NCBI GenBank assembly: GCA_951406725.2
Contig: OX597833.1
Location: 16,492,001-16,556,000 of the forward strand
Length of the DNA stretch: 64,000 nucleotides
Source: Octopus vulgaris
Lineage: Eukaryota
Reading direction: 5' to 3'
The notes beneath the pieces were generated by a model, which was not told the DNA's origin, did not search any database, and saw nothing but the letters and a program-made list of their open reading frames with translations. Below, piece by piece: positions 12,551 to 24,531 of the stretch (positions are counted from its first letter, which is position 1; each line of letters opens with the position of its first letter). The position numbers and the translations under genes were made by a program.

Positions 12551-12944
12551 CTTGCACTATTTTCCGTGTTGAAACAAGCATTAAAGTTACGGCAAGTTCC
12601 GCGGTGCTGTCGGCAATAACATATTTAGTGTTGCCAACTCGCAACCCTTTTTCTTTGGCCCATTTCAGATCAAGATTATCCACTCCCATTCCATGGTTTG
12701 AAATTACTTTCAGATTCGGCAGAGTTCGAATTAATTTGTTTATTTCTTTCGAATCTGGACCCGGTGTAACAATACCAGCGATGTCGTTCTTTATGCTTGG
12801 GTTCTGTTGGATATCGTCCAGAAAAACGACTTGAAAGCAGTTTCTCAAGCGACTCAAACATGTTTCAATAAAATTGCTCGTCACCTTGCTATTGCTTAGA
12901 GTCCGTAAGCAGACTAAAACTGAAGGTTTCGCTTGCATCGCCAT
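12551..12944 (-). CDS. D-2-hydroxyacid dehydrogenase (GRHPR/2-ketogluconate reductase-like), paralogue B, exon 1
   Basis: MAMQAKPSVL...LPNLKVISNHGMGVDNLDLKWAKEKGLRVGNT...STAELAVTLMLVSTRKIVQG. Donor G|GTAAGT; 394 nt, phase 1. Confidence 0.92.
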
Positions 12945-13486
12945 ATTTAAATGCCACGTCAGTCACAAATAGTTGTCGCTCTGTCGAATGAATTATGAGA
13001 GGATCTCCTCAGTTTATACCTCTTATCTTTTGCATATCACTTGTGTTGTTGTTGTTGTTGTTTCAAGTACATGACGATAGACGTGTAACAATTAATGAAG
13101 TATTTAATCAATGATAAGTTAAATCATGAACAAACACAATGTATGATGATGGTAGCGATGCTGCTTCCTCTCTTGAAGTTACGCGTGACTGACCTTTAGG
13201 TTTATTATCAATTGGAAAAAGCGCGCGACACAGTGTGTGACCAAGGCCGTTCCTTTTTGAAATACCTCTACAAGCTTCCTGGCGGGTTTCTTAACAATAG
13301 CTGTCTGGGAAAGACTTCCGCCTGTCTCCCCACCCCCACCACTTTCTCGCAAATTTGTTTATTAAAATTTCTTTTTTTGCCAAAAACCCCCGTTTTTGGA
13401 TACGGAGGTTCCGGAAAATTGCCAGAAATTTGCATTGTTAAATTCTCCCCTACCAAAATTTTCAATTTTGACATATTTCCCCAACA

Positions 13487-13742
13487 CTAACCCTAACCCT
13501 AACACCCTAACCCTAAAACCCTAACCCTAAAACCCTAACCCCAACCCTAACCTTAAAATCCTAACCCTAAAACCCTAATTCTAACCCTAAAATCCTAACC
13601 CTAAAACCCTAATCCTAACCCTAAAACCCTAACCCTAAAACCCTAACCCTAAAACCCTAACCCTAGAATCCTAACCCTAAAACTCTAACTCTAAAACCCT
13701 AACCCTAACCTTAACCCTAAAATCCTAACCCTAAAACCTTAA
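13487..13742 (+). repeat. Interstitial telomere-like array (CCCTAA with a 14-bp ACCCTAACCCTAAA unit)
   Basis: Read directly from the sequence. It lies between short inverted ends ATACGGA...TCCGTAT (about 13398-13792). Confidence 0.9.
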
Positions 13743-14870
13743 GTAACTACAGAAATGTTTTGAAATTTTGGTCGGAATCATAATGTCCGTATTTTTCTGC
13801 ATATTTGCCCCTGTCTGCCCACTTTCTCACTCATTTTCTATAGCATCAACCTGAGGCTAAAGAAAATATGTCGTTTGCCTAAGATTGACAGTAGAGTCGA
13901 ACATGGGACCTTGTATTTATGAACCAAACTGCTTAACCATTCGATGATGGCTTAGCTGGCTGAAAATTCGAAGTCCCTATCAACAGCATTTTTTTTTATT
14001 TTGCTTAAACGATATCTTTAATGAAAATACATTTAAAAGCCACACATAGTAATTTGAAGGTTAAAGAAGCATAAGTCCTTGACAATATTCAAGAGGTGAA
14101 TAGATTTCTCTTTTAACAACAGGACAGTTACCACTGCAAAGATAAGGAGTGTAAATGAATAAAAAAAATTCTTTTAATCAATCATCATTATCATCATCGT
14201 TTAACGTCTGCTTTCCATGTTAGCATGGGTCGGACAATTTGGCTGAGGTCTGGCGAGCCAGACTCCAATCTGATCTGGCAGAGTTTCTACAGCTGGATGC
14301 CCTTCCTAATGCCGACCACTCTGGGAGTGTAGTGGGTGCTTTTACGTGCCACCGGCACATGGGCCAGTCAGGCGGTACTGGCAATGGCCACACTCAAATG
14401 GTGCTTTTTATGTGCCACCTGCACAGGAGCCAGTCCAGCGGCACTGGCATTGACCTCGCTCGAGTGTTTTTTTCATGTGCCACCAGCACAAGTGCCAGTA
14501 AGGTGACGCAGGTAACAGTCATGCTCGAATGGTGTTTTTAACGTGCCATCAGCATGAAGGCCAGTTTGTTGCTCTGGCAATGATAAGAAATTTAATTTAG
14601 ATGCCATAAAAAGGAGAGGGCAACTATTTTAAATGAAACAAAAGCTCAATTCCATTTTTTTTTTTCGCAGTCGCTATGAAAAAAATTTTGTTCTACAAAT
14701 AAAATTTTCTGGAACATTTTAAATGCAAAGCAGCAGGACCTAACTAAAGTTTTTTAAAACTATAAACACATGGGCAAGAGGTAGGACAAGCATGGAAAAG
14801 ACAAAAGCATCAAATCAAATCAAACAAGAACGCTCAGAGAGTGCAAACCTTCACCAAAGCAACACCTATC

Positions 14871-15306
14871 GGATCTTTTCAGTTTGAACAGCAGTTTTTT
14901 CTAGCGGTGTCATATGAAATTGTCACCCGTAATTATGACCCTAGTATCGATCTATTGCATTTCAATCCGTTTTAGATTTAGGGTTAGCTAGGGTTAGGGT
15001 TAGGGGTGGGGGGAAGGGTATATTTTTTTCTTCATAAGTGTAAATAAACTCAATCTGTTTTTTAAACGAGGGACATATTCATACGGCACAGAATGTTTTT
15101 TTTTAACTCAATAGACGCCAGTGATTGGTTGAAATTGCAGAAATTGAAGAAATTAATAACCAAATATCTTACAAACTATAGAATTTTCTCAGTAAAGCCA
15201 AGAGAAAAAGATGTTTTATAAACACATTCTACCAGTATACGAAGTTTAAAATTTTTTAGTTACCTAGAAATTATGTTAAAAACTGCCGTTCAAACTGAAA
15301 AGATCC
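14871..15306. mobile_element. Merlin-like MITE, second copy, nested in an older element (about 14824-15640)
   Basis: Same TIRs and body as 11900-12317. The host element ends in the hairpin CCTCCGCCTT-CGCT-AAGGTGGAG. Confidence 0.75.
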
Positions 15307-16336
15307 CACCAACGTCCTCTCAATGATTAACCGGAGATGATTTTTAAAATGAGAATATCTGAAATAAACTTGACTGCTCTCATGAACGAGATTACTAAAA
15401 ATGAATCTAACCGCTCTCAAAAATTTAGTAAAAAAAAAAAACATGAAAAGTAATCCAGAATCCTTCTCTGGTACCGGATTGATCCCAAAATCTAATCCGT
15501 TTGTGTCAGTCACAGGGCCATACATACCTGAAAGTTTCATCCAAATCCATCCCATGGTTCTTGAGATATCTTATCCACAGGCAAACAAACAAAGAAACAC
15601 GACTGAAAACAATACCTCCGCCTTCGCTAAGGTGGAGATAATAATAATTGTTTCTTTATTACCCACATGGGGTTAAACATAGAGGGGACAAACAAGGATA
15701 GACAAGGGGATTAAGTCGATTACATCTATCCCAGTGCGAAACTGGTACTTAATTTATCGACCCCGAAAGGATGAAAGGCAAAGTCGACCTCGGCGGAATT
15801 TGAACTCAGAATGTAACGACAGACGAAATACCGCTTAGCATTTCGCCCGACGTGCTAACGATTCTGCCAGATGACCGCTGGAGATAATAATAACGGTTTC
15901 TTGACAATATTATATTATATTGAATATAATCTGATACGGTCCCTATTTGGGGGCCAACAATATTAAACTGATTTTTCGAACGAGGTGAAGTGTTAGGGGC
16001 TTGCTCTACCTTTGCCATGGGTTGGCTTGGTATTGCAGTGCTTCCAGGATTCAGCACATCTTATATAAATAGGCACAGGAATGGCTGTGTGGTAAGTAGT
16101 TTGCTTACAAACCACATGGTTCCCGGTTCAGTCCCACTGCGTGGCACCTTGGGCAAGTGTCTTCTACTGTAGCCTCGGAGCAACAAAGCCTTGTGAGTGA
16201 ATTTGGTAGACGGAAACTGAAAGAAGCCCATCGTATATATGTATATATGCTTCCATTGTTAAAACTTTTTAAAAAAAAGTATTATTCCTATTATATATAT
16301 ATATATATATATCACCGGTTGACCGGTGTCTGCTAC

Positions 16337-16381
16337 TCTAGGCCGATGAAGGACAACGATCCTGAAACACGTGTCCCTAGA
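16337..16381 (+). ncRNA. Minimal type-I hammerhead ribozyme motif, U4C core
   Basis: TCTAGG-CCGATGA-AGGA-caacga-TCCT-GAAAC-ACGT-GTC-CCTAGA: 6-bp stem I, 4-bp stem II, palindromic stem III ACACGTGT and a GUC site. Sits inside a (TA)n-flanked insert at 16312-16610. Confidence 0.8.
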
Positions 16382-16606
16382 TGCAGTTTCGGCAGCCGGG
16401 GGTGTTTGTCTCCCCTTCGTATATGTATATAAGGACACAGGGAAAAATGTGTCAAAGCCATCAGGAGGCGTTCGATGCTTCCTAGGGCTATACAGCGGTG
16501 GTGTACCCCCTACTGTCACGTTCTTGTTAGATTGACAGTATACAACCATTCTATCGCCCCACCACCGTACATGTCTCTATGAGAGATTTAGAAATTCAAT
16601 ATTTCT

Positions 16607-16656
<50 letters not shown>

Positions 16657-19146
16657 TATATTTATAAAAAAGAAGTTTGAAAACACCACTACATAAGATG
16701 AATTTTAATTTTCTGAGAGATTTTACGTTTTGGTTCTTCTTGAAAAAACGAACCTTATAAAAAATATTTTTAAAAGTTAAGTGTATTAAAAAAATTCATA
16801 ATTGTTTCTTGCTATCTCAACAGAGTTCACGTGGTGGTGTTTTGTAGTGTGGAGCATAATGGCTGTCTTGTGCATTAGCTAGAATCATTGGCTAAGGAAA
16901 ATAAGACAAAACAGAAAATACTAAAATAGTTTTATCATGAAGAATATTTTAGTGCTGGTTTCAATGTTTGTGACTTTTTCAACTTAGAGTAAAGCAACAA
17001 AAACAATTAAATTGTGGTAAAATTAAATGAAATGGTTTTTAAAAATATTTCCATAGTATTCAAATGCAAGGGACATTTTCCTTTTTTCTGTCTGTCTCTG
17101 TCTCTCATTTTTACTCGTGTGAAGGCTTGGTAGCAGGTAGCAGGTAGTAGTAGTCCTAATATTTGATATTAAGAGTGACATGAAATGAAGTGTCTTGCCC
17201 ATGGACACAAAACATCATCAAGTATCAAACTCACAACCTTATAATCATGAACCGGATACTGTAACCATAAGGCCATTTACTGACACAAATTCTTGGAAGT
17301 TTTTTAGGGAGGGCGATAGTCAATTATATCAGCCCCAGTGCGTAACTGGTATTTATTTCATTAAGTCTGAAAGAATGAAAGGCAAAGTTGATCTCGGTGG
17401 AATTTGAACTCAGAACGTAGCGGCAGACGAAATACTGCTAGGCATTTTGCCTGGCATGCTAACAATTCTGCCAGTTCATTGCATTTATTGTTTAATATAA
17501 TAATCTTTTCTACTCTAGTTACAAGGCCTGAAATTTTGGGGGAGAGAGCCTGTTGATTAGATTGACTCCAGTATGCAACTGGTACTTAATTTATCGACCC
17601 CCAAAAGGATGAGAGGTGAAGTCAAGCTGGGCGGAATTTGAAATCAGAATGTTGCAGCAAATGAAATACCACTAAGCATTTCATCCGGCATGCTAATGTT
17701 TCTTATTTCTTTATCGCTCACACGGGGCTAAACATAGAGGGGACAAACAAGGAAAGACAGAGGGATTAAATCGATTACATCGACACCAGTGTGTAACTGG
17801 TACTTAATTTATCGACCCCGAAAGGATGACAGGCAAAGTCGACCTCGGCGGAATTTGAACTCAGAACGTAACGGCAGACGAAATACCGATAAACATTTCG
17901 CCCGGCGTGATAACGATTCTGCCAGCTTGCCGCCTTATCAATATTCTTTTCTGCTCTAGGCACAAAGCCCAAAATTTTGTGGGAGGAGGCCAGTCAATTA
18001 GATCAACTGCAGTGTGCAACTGGTACTTAATTTATTGATCCCGAAAGGATGAAAGGCAAAGTCGACCTTGGTAGAATTTGAACTCAGAATGTAAAGACAG
18101 ACGAAATACTGCTAAGCATTTCACCCAGCATGCTAACATTTCTGTCAGCTCACTACCTTTATTGTATAATATAATGTTTGTTCCTTCTCAAGTCATGCCT
18201 TGCTCATAGGGCTGGTTTCCCAGTTTCCTTGGCGTATAGGTTTCCCCACCTGGGCAGGACGCCGGTCCATCACAGGTGAGCTGCATGATGCAGTGAGAGA
18301 AAGTTGTGGCAAAAGAGTCAGCAAAAGTTCACCATTACCTTCTGCCGGAGCCGCGTGGAGCTTAGGTGTTTCGCTCATAAACACACACATCGCCCGGTCT
18401 GAGATTCAAACCCACGATCCCTCGACCTCGGATCCGCTGCTCTAACCACTAGGCCATGTGCCTCCACGTATAATATAATAATGATACAAAAAGTGTATTC
18501 TGGCAACTCAGCAATACTTAATAAAATGTAGGTCATAAGCTTCTTATATTATTTACTGATTGCGATATAGAGATAAAGTGAGTATTATCTGTGACATAAT
18601 TCAGTACCATAAGTAAAATATAAGTCAAAAACAGCAGTGTAAGCAAGAGATAAATCCACTCACAATGTTATATAAATAGCAAAGTATTGTGAAAATAGAA
18701 ATGATCCCTAATATAAATAATGTGCAAAGTAATGTTGGCATACTTAAATGGAGTTTTGGCAATTTAGGATGGGCATGGCTGTGTGGTTGGGGAGCTTGCT
18801 TCTTAGCTACATGGTTTCGGGTTCAGTCCCACTGTGTGGCACTTTGGGTAGGTGTCTTCCACTATAGCCCCGAGCCGACCGGAGCTTTGTGATTGAATTC
18901 GGTAGGTGGAAGTTACTGCCGTGTGTGTATATGTGCGTATAGCTGCTCAGTGCCTCTCCGAAAGAGAGAGAGAGGGATATCTTACATATTAAGAAAAATA
19001 TTATTTTATCAATGGAGTAAAAACAAGCAATTCATCATCCTCATTAATAAAAAAGTTTTTTTGATGTGAATAAATAAATCTCCATCCTCCTCTTGGTTTT
19101 CAAGTATATATATAGTAAAAGAATATATATCCATATATATATATAT

Positions 19147-19300
19147 ATTTATATTATATAGAGAGCATTATTACACTTAAATGCCACATGCTAGGAGAGA
19201 CTCTTAAAGTCAAAACTACTAAAATAGTAGTTTTGACTTTAAGAGTCCCTCCTAGTGTGTGGCGTTTATGTGTAATAATGCCCTCTATTTAATATAAATA
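19147..19300. repeat. Fold-back inverted repeat at (TA)n
   Basis: Arms of about 75 bp meeting at CTACTA-AAA-TAGTAG. Confidence 0.9.
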
Positions 19301-19418
19301 AATATATTTAAGTGAAAAAATTGATGGATTTTTTTCTCTTATGAGGATTTTTCATGCTAACTAGTTGATAAATTCTTATAAAGATTTTATCCTATTTTAA
19401 AATTATATATATTTATAT

Positions 19419-19576
19419 ATAGGAAAGGAAAAAATAATAATAATAAGGCAGAATGCTAAACTGAAAGAAAATTTTTATACAAATGGGTGCAAGAAAGATT
19501 TCTTACACTGATTTGTATTAAAATTTGCTTTCAGTTTAGCATTCTGCCTTATTATTATTATTTTTTCCTTTCCTAT
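19419..19576. repeat. Fold-back inverted repeat
   Basis: Arms of about 77 bp, ATAGGAAAGGAAAAAATAAT... / ...ATTATTTTTTCCTTTCCTAT. Confidence 0.9.
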
Positions 19577-19620
19577 CATTTCTCCATGTGCAATTAACAC
19601 AACCCCACCATTTACTGACT

Positions 19621-19705
<85 letters not shown>

Positions 19706-19789
19706 CATCATCATCGTTTAACGTCTGCTTTCCACGTAGAGTGGACGCAAGCGCTGATATATGATTTATAAAAACATGTGACATCATCA

Positions 19790-20310
19790 TCATCATCATC
19801 ATCGTTTAGCGTCCGTTTTCCATGCTAGCATGGGTTGGACGGTTCTATTGGGGTCTGTGAAGCCAGAAGGCTTCATCAGGCCCAGTCAAATCTGGCAGTG
19901 TTTCTACGGCTGGATGCCCTCCCTAACGCCAACCACTCTGTGAGTGTAGTGGGTGCTTTTTACGTGCCACCCGCACAGGTGCCAGACAGAGCTGGCAAAC
20001 GGCCTCGAACGGATGGTGCTTTTTATGTGCCACCGGCACGAGGCCAGTCGGGGCGGCGCTGGTAACGGTCGCGAAACGGAAGGTTCTCTTACATGCCACC
20101 GGCACTGGTAACACATCTGCAATTTCCATTGATCGATTTCGATTCTGATCCTCACTTGCCTCAACAGGTCTTCACAAGTAGAGTTTTGTGTCCCAAGAAG
20201 GGAAGGTATGCATACGTAGGCTGGTTCCATCCCATGTAGAAGGCCACGGGTTATGGACTCACTTGTCCTACCGGGTCTTCTCGCGCACAGCACACTTCCA
20301 GAGGTCACAG
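19790..20310 (-). mobile_element. SINE family 3 with (ATG)n tail
   Basis: CATCATCGTTTAGCGTCCG...GGCTGGATGCCCT; related copies at 14190-14580 and 25070-25260. Confidence 0.7.
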
Positions 20311-20696
20311 CACACTTCCAGAGGTATTAATAAATATCTGTAAATATAAAACCATCCAGATTTCTGAGTACCTGATTTGTTCTAATATATATATATACAT
20401 ATATATATATATGTATATATATATATACACATAGGGATATATGCATGCACAAATGAAGACACATACAATAGGAATACAAAATACAAAATGGCTGACCATC
20501 AGTAAGGAGAAATACACAAATAAGAAAGAAGAAAGCAAAGGACCACTGATGGGGTCAAAGAAGTGTGACGAAAGAACTCTGACCGAAATAACATTAAGAT
20601 TAATGTAAAAAATAAATAAAGCTGAAGCAAATTAACATCAAATATATGGTGCCTGTGTTTTTATTGGCTAAACTGGCAACATGACCATTCCTAAAT

Positions 20697-20766
<70 letters not shown>

Positions 20767-20789
20767 TCTCTCCTTATTTTTTTGTGTCC

Positions 20790-20825
20790 CTTTCTGTAGA
20801 AGAGTGTAGGCTCGAAATGTAAAAG
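20790..20825 (+). ncRNA. Minimal hammerhead-like motif with a variant core (CUGUAGA)
   Basis: CTTT-CTGTAGA-A-GAG-tgtagg-CTC-GAAA-TG-TA-AAAG in an insert of about 145 bp flanked on both sides by (TA)n. Confidence 0.55.
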
Positions 20826-20908
20826 ACATTTTCTATTCGAGCGTTATACTAATACATCTGTTTGTTTTCTAAACCATCTGTCTTCGTCTTTTGTTTTTTT
20901 TGTAAACT

Positions 20909-20949
<41 letters not shown>

Positions 20950-22276
20950 AATGTTGAAGGATGAAAATGAGTGCTCAATGCTGCATTGGTGGACATTATT
21001 TCTTTATTTGTGAATTAAGGCTACCATTGGTTTCATGTTAAGAAAAGACGGAAAATATCTTTTTAAAGCTGATCACATGGAGAAAGGTGTTCAGGTGTTC
21101 ACCTCTATTTTGGAAAATACACACACACACACACACATATACGACAGGCTTCTTTCAGTTTCCGTCTACCAAATCCAATCACAAGGGTTTGGTCGGCCCG
21201 AGGCTATAGTAGAAGACACTTGCCCCAGGTGCCATGCAGTAGGACTGAACCCAGAACCATGTGGTTGGTAAGCAAGCTACTTACCACACAGCCAGTTTCG
21301 TTGTCTATGAGTCTGTATTATTCGGTGGCTTAGTTTACCTGTTTACCTGTTTACATTCCAATTATTGATTAGCATTTGGTTTATGCTGCATATTTCTTTA
21401 TCTATTTTTGTTTGTTTGTTTTGTGGTTTAGAATCTGAATATTCTTCTAAGTAGGGATGTCATCATTGACATTTTCATCTGTGTGGGCATGTACCTGTCT
21501 CCATTAAGAGCAGGAATATCTATTTTCATCTTTGATGTAGACAAACTTGTATCCATTATTTCACATTCTGAATAATCTTAGCTACAAATGGAGTCTGTTT
21601 CAAGCCTTGTGTTCCTATTAGAAAGAACAGGAAAATCTGGTACTTTCTTGATTTTGTCAACATAACAAAACATAACATAAGTACACAATATAAGTTCATC
21701 TCAGTGGCGGCGAGCTGGCAGAATCGTTAGCACGCCGGGCGAAATGCTTAGTGGTATTTCGTCTGCCGTTACGTTCTGAGTTCAAATTCCGCCGAGGTCA
21801 ACTTTGCCTTTCATCCTTTCCGGGTCAATTAAATAAGTACCAGTTATGCACTGGGGTCGATATAATCGACTTAATCCCTGTGTCTGTCCTTGTTTGTCCT
21901 CTCTGTGTTTAGCCCCTTGTGGGTAGTAAAGAAATAGGTATTTCGTCTGCCGCTGCGTTCTGAGTTCAAATTCCGCCGAGGTCGACTTTGCCTTTCATCC
22001 TTTCCGGGTCGATTAAATAAGTACCAGTTACGCACTGGGGTCGATGTAATCGACTTAATCCATGTGTCTGTCCTTGCTTGTCCTCTCTGTGTTTAGCCCC
22101 TTGTGGGTAGTAAAGAAATTGGTATAGTGCCAGCATGACAGCTGAAACAATAATATTTCCTGTTCATGCTTGGATAGTTATGCAAGAATAAAAATGACCA
22201 GTGACATATTTTGGGGATAAATACATGTGTATGTCCAGGCACATTAAATATTAAGTGTTACTATATATATATAGTA

Positions 22277-22685
22277 GGCGCAGGAGTGGCTGTGTGGTAA
22301 GTAGCTTGCTTACCAACCATATTGTTCCGGGTTCAGTCCCACTGCGTGGCACCTTGGGCAAGTGTCTTCTACTATAGCCTTGGGCCGACCAAAGCCTTGT
22401 GAGTGGATTTGGTAGACGGAAACTGAAAGAAGCCCGTCGTATATATCTATATATATATATATATGTATGTGTGTGTATATGTTTGTGTGTCTGTGTTTGT
22501 CCCCCTAGCATTGCTTGACAACCGATGCTGGTGTGTTTACGTCCCCATCACTTAGCGGTTCGGCAAAAGAGACCGATAGAATAAGTACTGGGCTTACAAA
22601 GAATAAGTCCCAGGGTCGAGTTGCTCGACTAAAGGCGGTGCTCCAGCATGGCCACAGTCAAATGACTGAAACAAGTAAAAGAGTA
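22277..22685 (+). mobile_element. tRNA-derived SINE, family 1 (full-length example)
   Basis: GGCGCAGGAGTGGCTGTGTGGTAAG (A box)...GGTTCAGTCCC (B box), an internal microsatellite, and a GACTGAAACAAGTAAAAGAG tail. More than 12 further copies, e.g. 27220-27640, 31190-31545, 34410-34812, 36090-36475, 37165-37605, 53085-53740, 63715-64000. Confidence 0.9.
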
Positions 22686-23499
22686 TGTATGTCCAGGCAC
22701 ATTAAATATTAAGTGTTACTATATATATATATGCTGCATCTAAAATTAACACAATTTAATGTACAGGTGTCTATAGATAATGCTGCCAAAAAGGTCACAT
22801 GATATTCTCATTAATTACAGTGACAAAGTTTCATTATAAATGAGAACTACTTACAGCTATCTAGACTAGATTAGTTATGATAGTAATTTACTACCAAGTA
22901 GACCAGGTTGCTTGAGAATTATGCTTCAGCCATAGACAAATGTAGTGTCATTGAGGCCATATAAACCAGTGTCAGCAGATAATTGCTCTTTCTATGTGAC
23001 TAACAGCAGCAGCAGCAACCTCACATGAAATGGAAGATAATAGCAATCTGTAAGAGAAATAAGGTTTCTTCCTTAACATATTACAGTAAACAGTTTTATT
23101 TTATCAGTATTCCCCCCCCCCCCGGAATAGTCTCTTGTTGAATAATAAAATGATCTTGTTTCCCAACCAAAATGTGAAAAAAAAAAGGCACCTGTATATC
23201 ATTCTTAATGTATATACATCATTGATAGGCCAATTACTGCGGTATTCATCCTGAGATAACATTCTCTTATAGCCATGCTGTGTTAAAAATGCAATAACTG
23301 TCAGAGGGAGGTGAAAATTCACTACAGCAGTGGCCAGTGAAAAATGCCAGAGGTCATTTTGGGTAATTTTGGTGAAAAATGCCAGAGGTCATTTTGGGTC
23401 GTGATATTTTTAAATTTATTATTAGTGTTGCTTAATATGTTTTGCAAAAATTGCTGTATCTTTTCAGATATCATCAGAAAAAGGTAATTAAAATTCATT

Positions 23500-24531
23500 A
23501 AAAAGACATCTATCGGACTTTCAAAGAGGTCAAATTGTTGGGGCTCATATGGCAGGTGCTAGCATAATAAAAACAGTCGAAATGTTTGGTGTATCAAGAA
23601 GAACTGTCTCGAAAGTAATGACAGCCTTTGAGAAAGAATAAAAAGCTTCATTGTTGAAACAATACTCTGAAAGAAAACTAAAATTTCAGATAGGGACCAA
23701 TGGACTCTTACATGAATTGTTAGAAAGGATCACAAAATTACTGCAGAGTTTAATGACTACCTTGAGAACCCAGTTTCCACAAAAGCTGTTCGCTGGGAGC
23801 TGCACAAAGTCGAATTTCATGGGAGGGCTGCAATCAGAAAACCACTACTTTCAAAAACAAACATTGCAAAGTGTTTAGAGTGGACTAGAAACTTACAGAA
23901 TTGGTCCCCGGAGTAGTGGAAGAATGTTATTTTTTTGGATGAGTTCATCCTTTACCTTATTTCTGACCACCGGTTGAATATACGTGTGGAGACAGCCAAA
24001 AGAAGCATTCGAACCAGACTGCTTCTTCCAACTGTTAAATATGGAGGAGGATCTGTGATGATCTGGGAAGCTATATCTTAGAAATCCACCAGCTCAATGG
24101 TTTTCCTTCATTGCAGAATTAATAGTCAAGACTATTTAGGCATTTTATCTTATCAAATTCATCCTATGGTTGCAGAACTGTTTCTGGAGGGAAATGCAAT
24201 CTTTCAGGATGATAATGCACCAATTCACACAGCTAAATTTGTTAACAGCATGAGGAACATTCTAATGAAGTTGGACATTTTATCTGGCCACCACAGTCCC
24301 GAGATCTCAATAGTATTGAACTTTAAAGGTGCAAGGGGTCTATATCCTCCACCATCATCTCTACAAGAACTGGAGAATGTTTTAGCTGGAGAATGGACAA
24401 AAATTCCTTTGGAAACAATTCAACTTTCATAGAATTTAAGCTGTAATTACTGCCAAAGGCGATCCTACCCCACATTAAAATAAATTTGTTTGAAATTTTA
24501 AGGTGTTTCCATTATTTTGTCCAACCCCTGT
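23500..24531 (+). mobile_element. Degraded Tc1 transposon
   Basis: LSDFQRGQIVGA.MAGAS...FGVSRRTVSKV (HTH region), TVKYGGGSVMIW and FQDDNAPIHTA, interrupted by stops and frameshifts. Right TIR ...TTTTGTCCAACCCCTG-TA. Confidence 0.9.

Noticed and set aside
6787-12944. Bacterial contamination or recent horizontal transfer of a 2-ketogluconate reductase
   Set aside because: The gene has canonical GT-AG introns filled with host SINEs and a conserved intron structure between paralogues.
13487-13742. True chromosome telomere
   Set aside because: The array is short, degenerate, internal and flanked by ordinary sequence on both sides.
20546-20590. Additional hammerhead (CTGATGG-GGTCA...TGACC-GAAA); also CTGATGA on the minus strand near 44697-44703
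   Set aside because: Stems I and III could not be formed, so these were not counted.
21475-21662. Coding-like minus-strand segment (VDKIKKVPDFPVL...)
   Set aside because: It has an in-frame stop, no recognisable homology and no convincing partner exons.
22277-22350. tRNA genes at SINE heads
   Set aside because: A and B boxes are present, but no complete cloverleaf was seen and each head continues into a SINE body.
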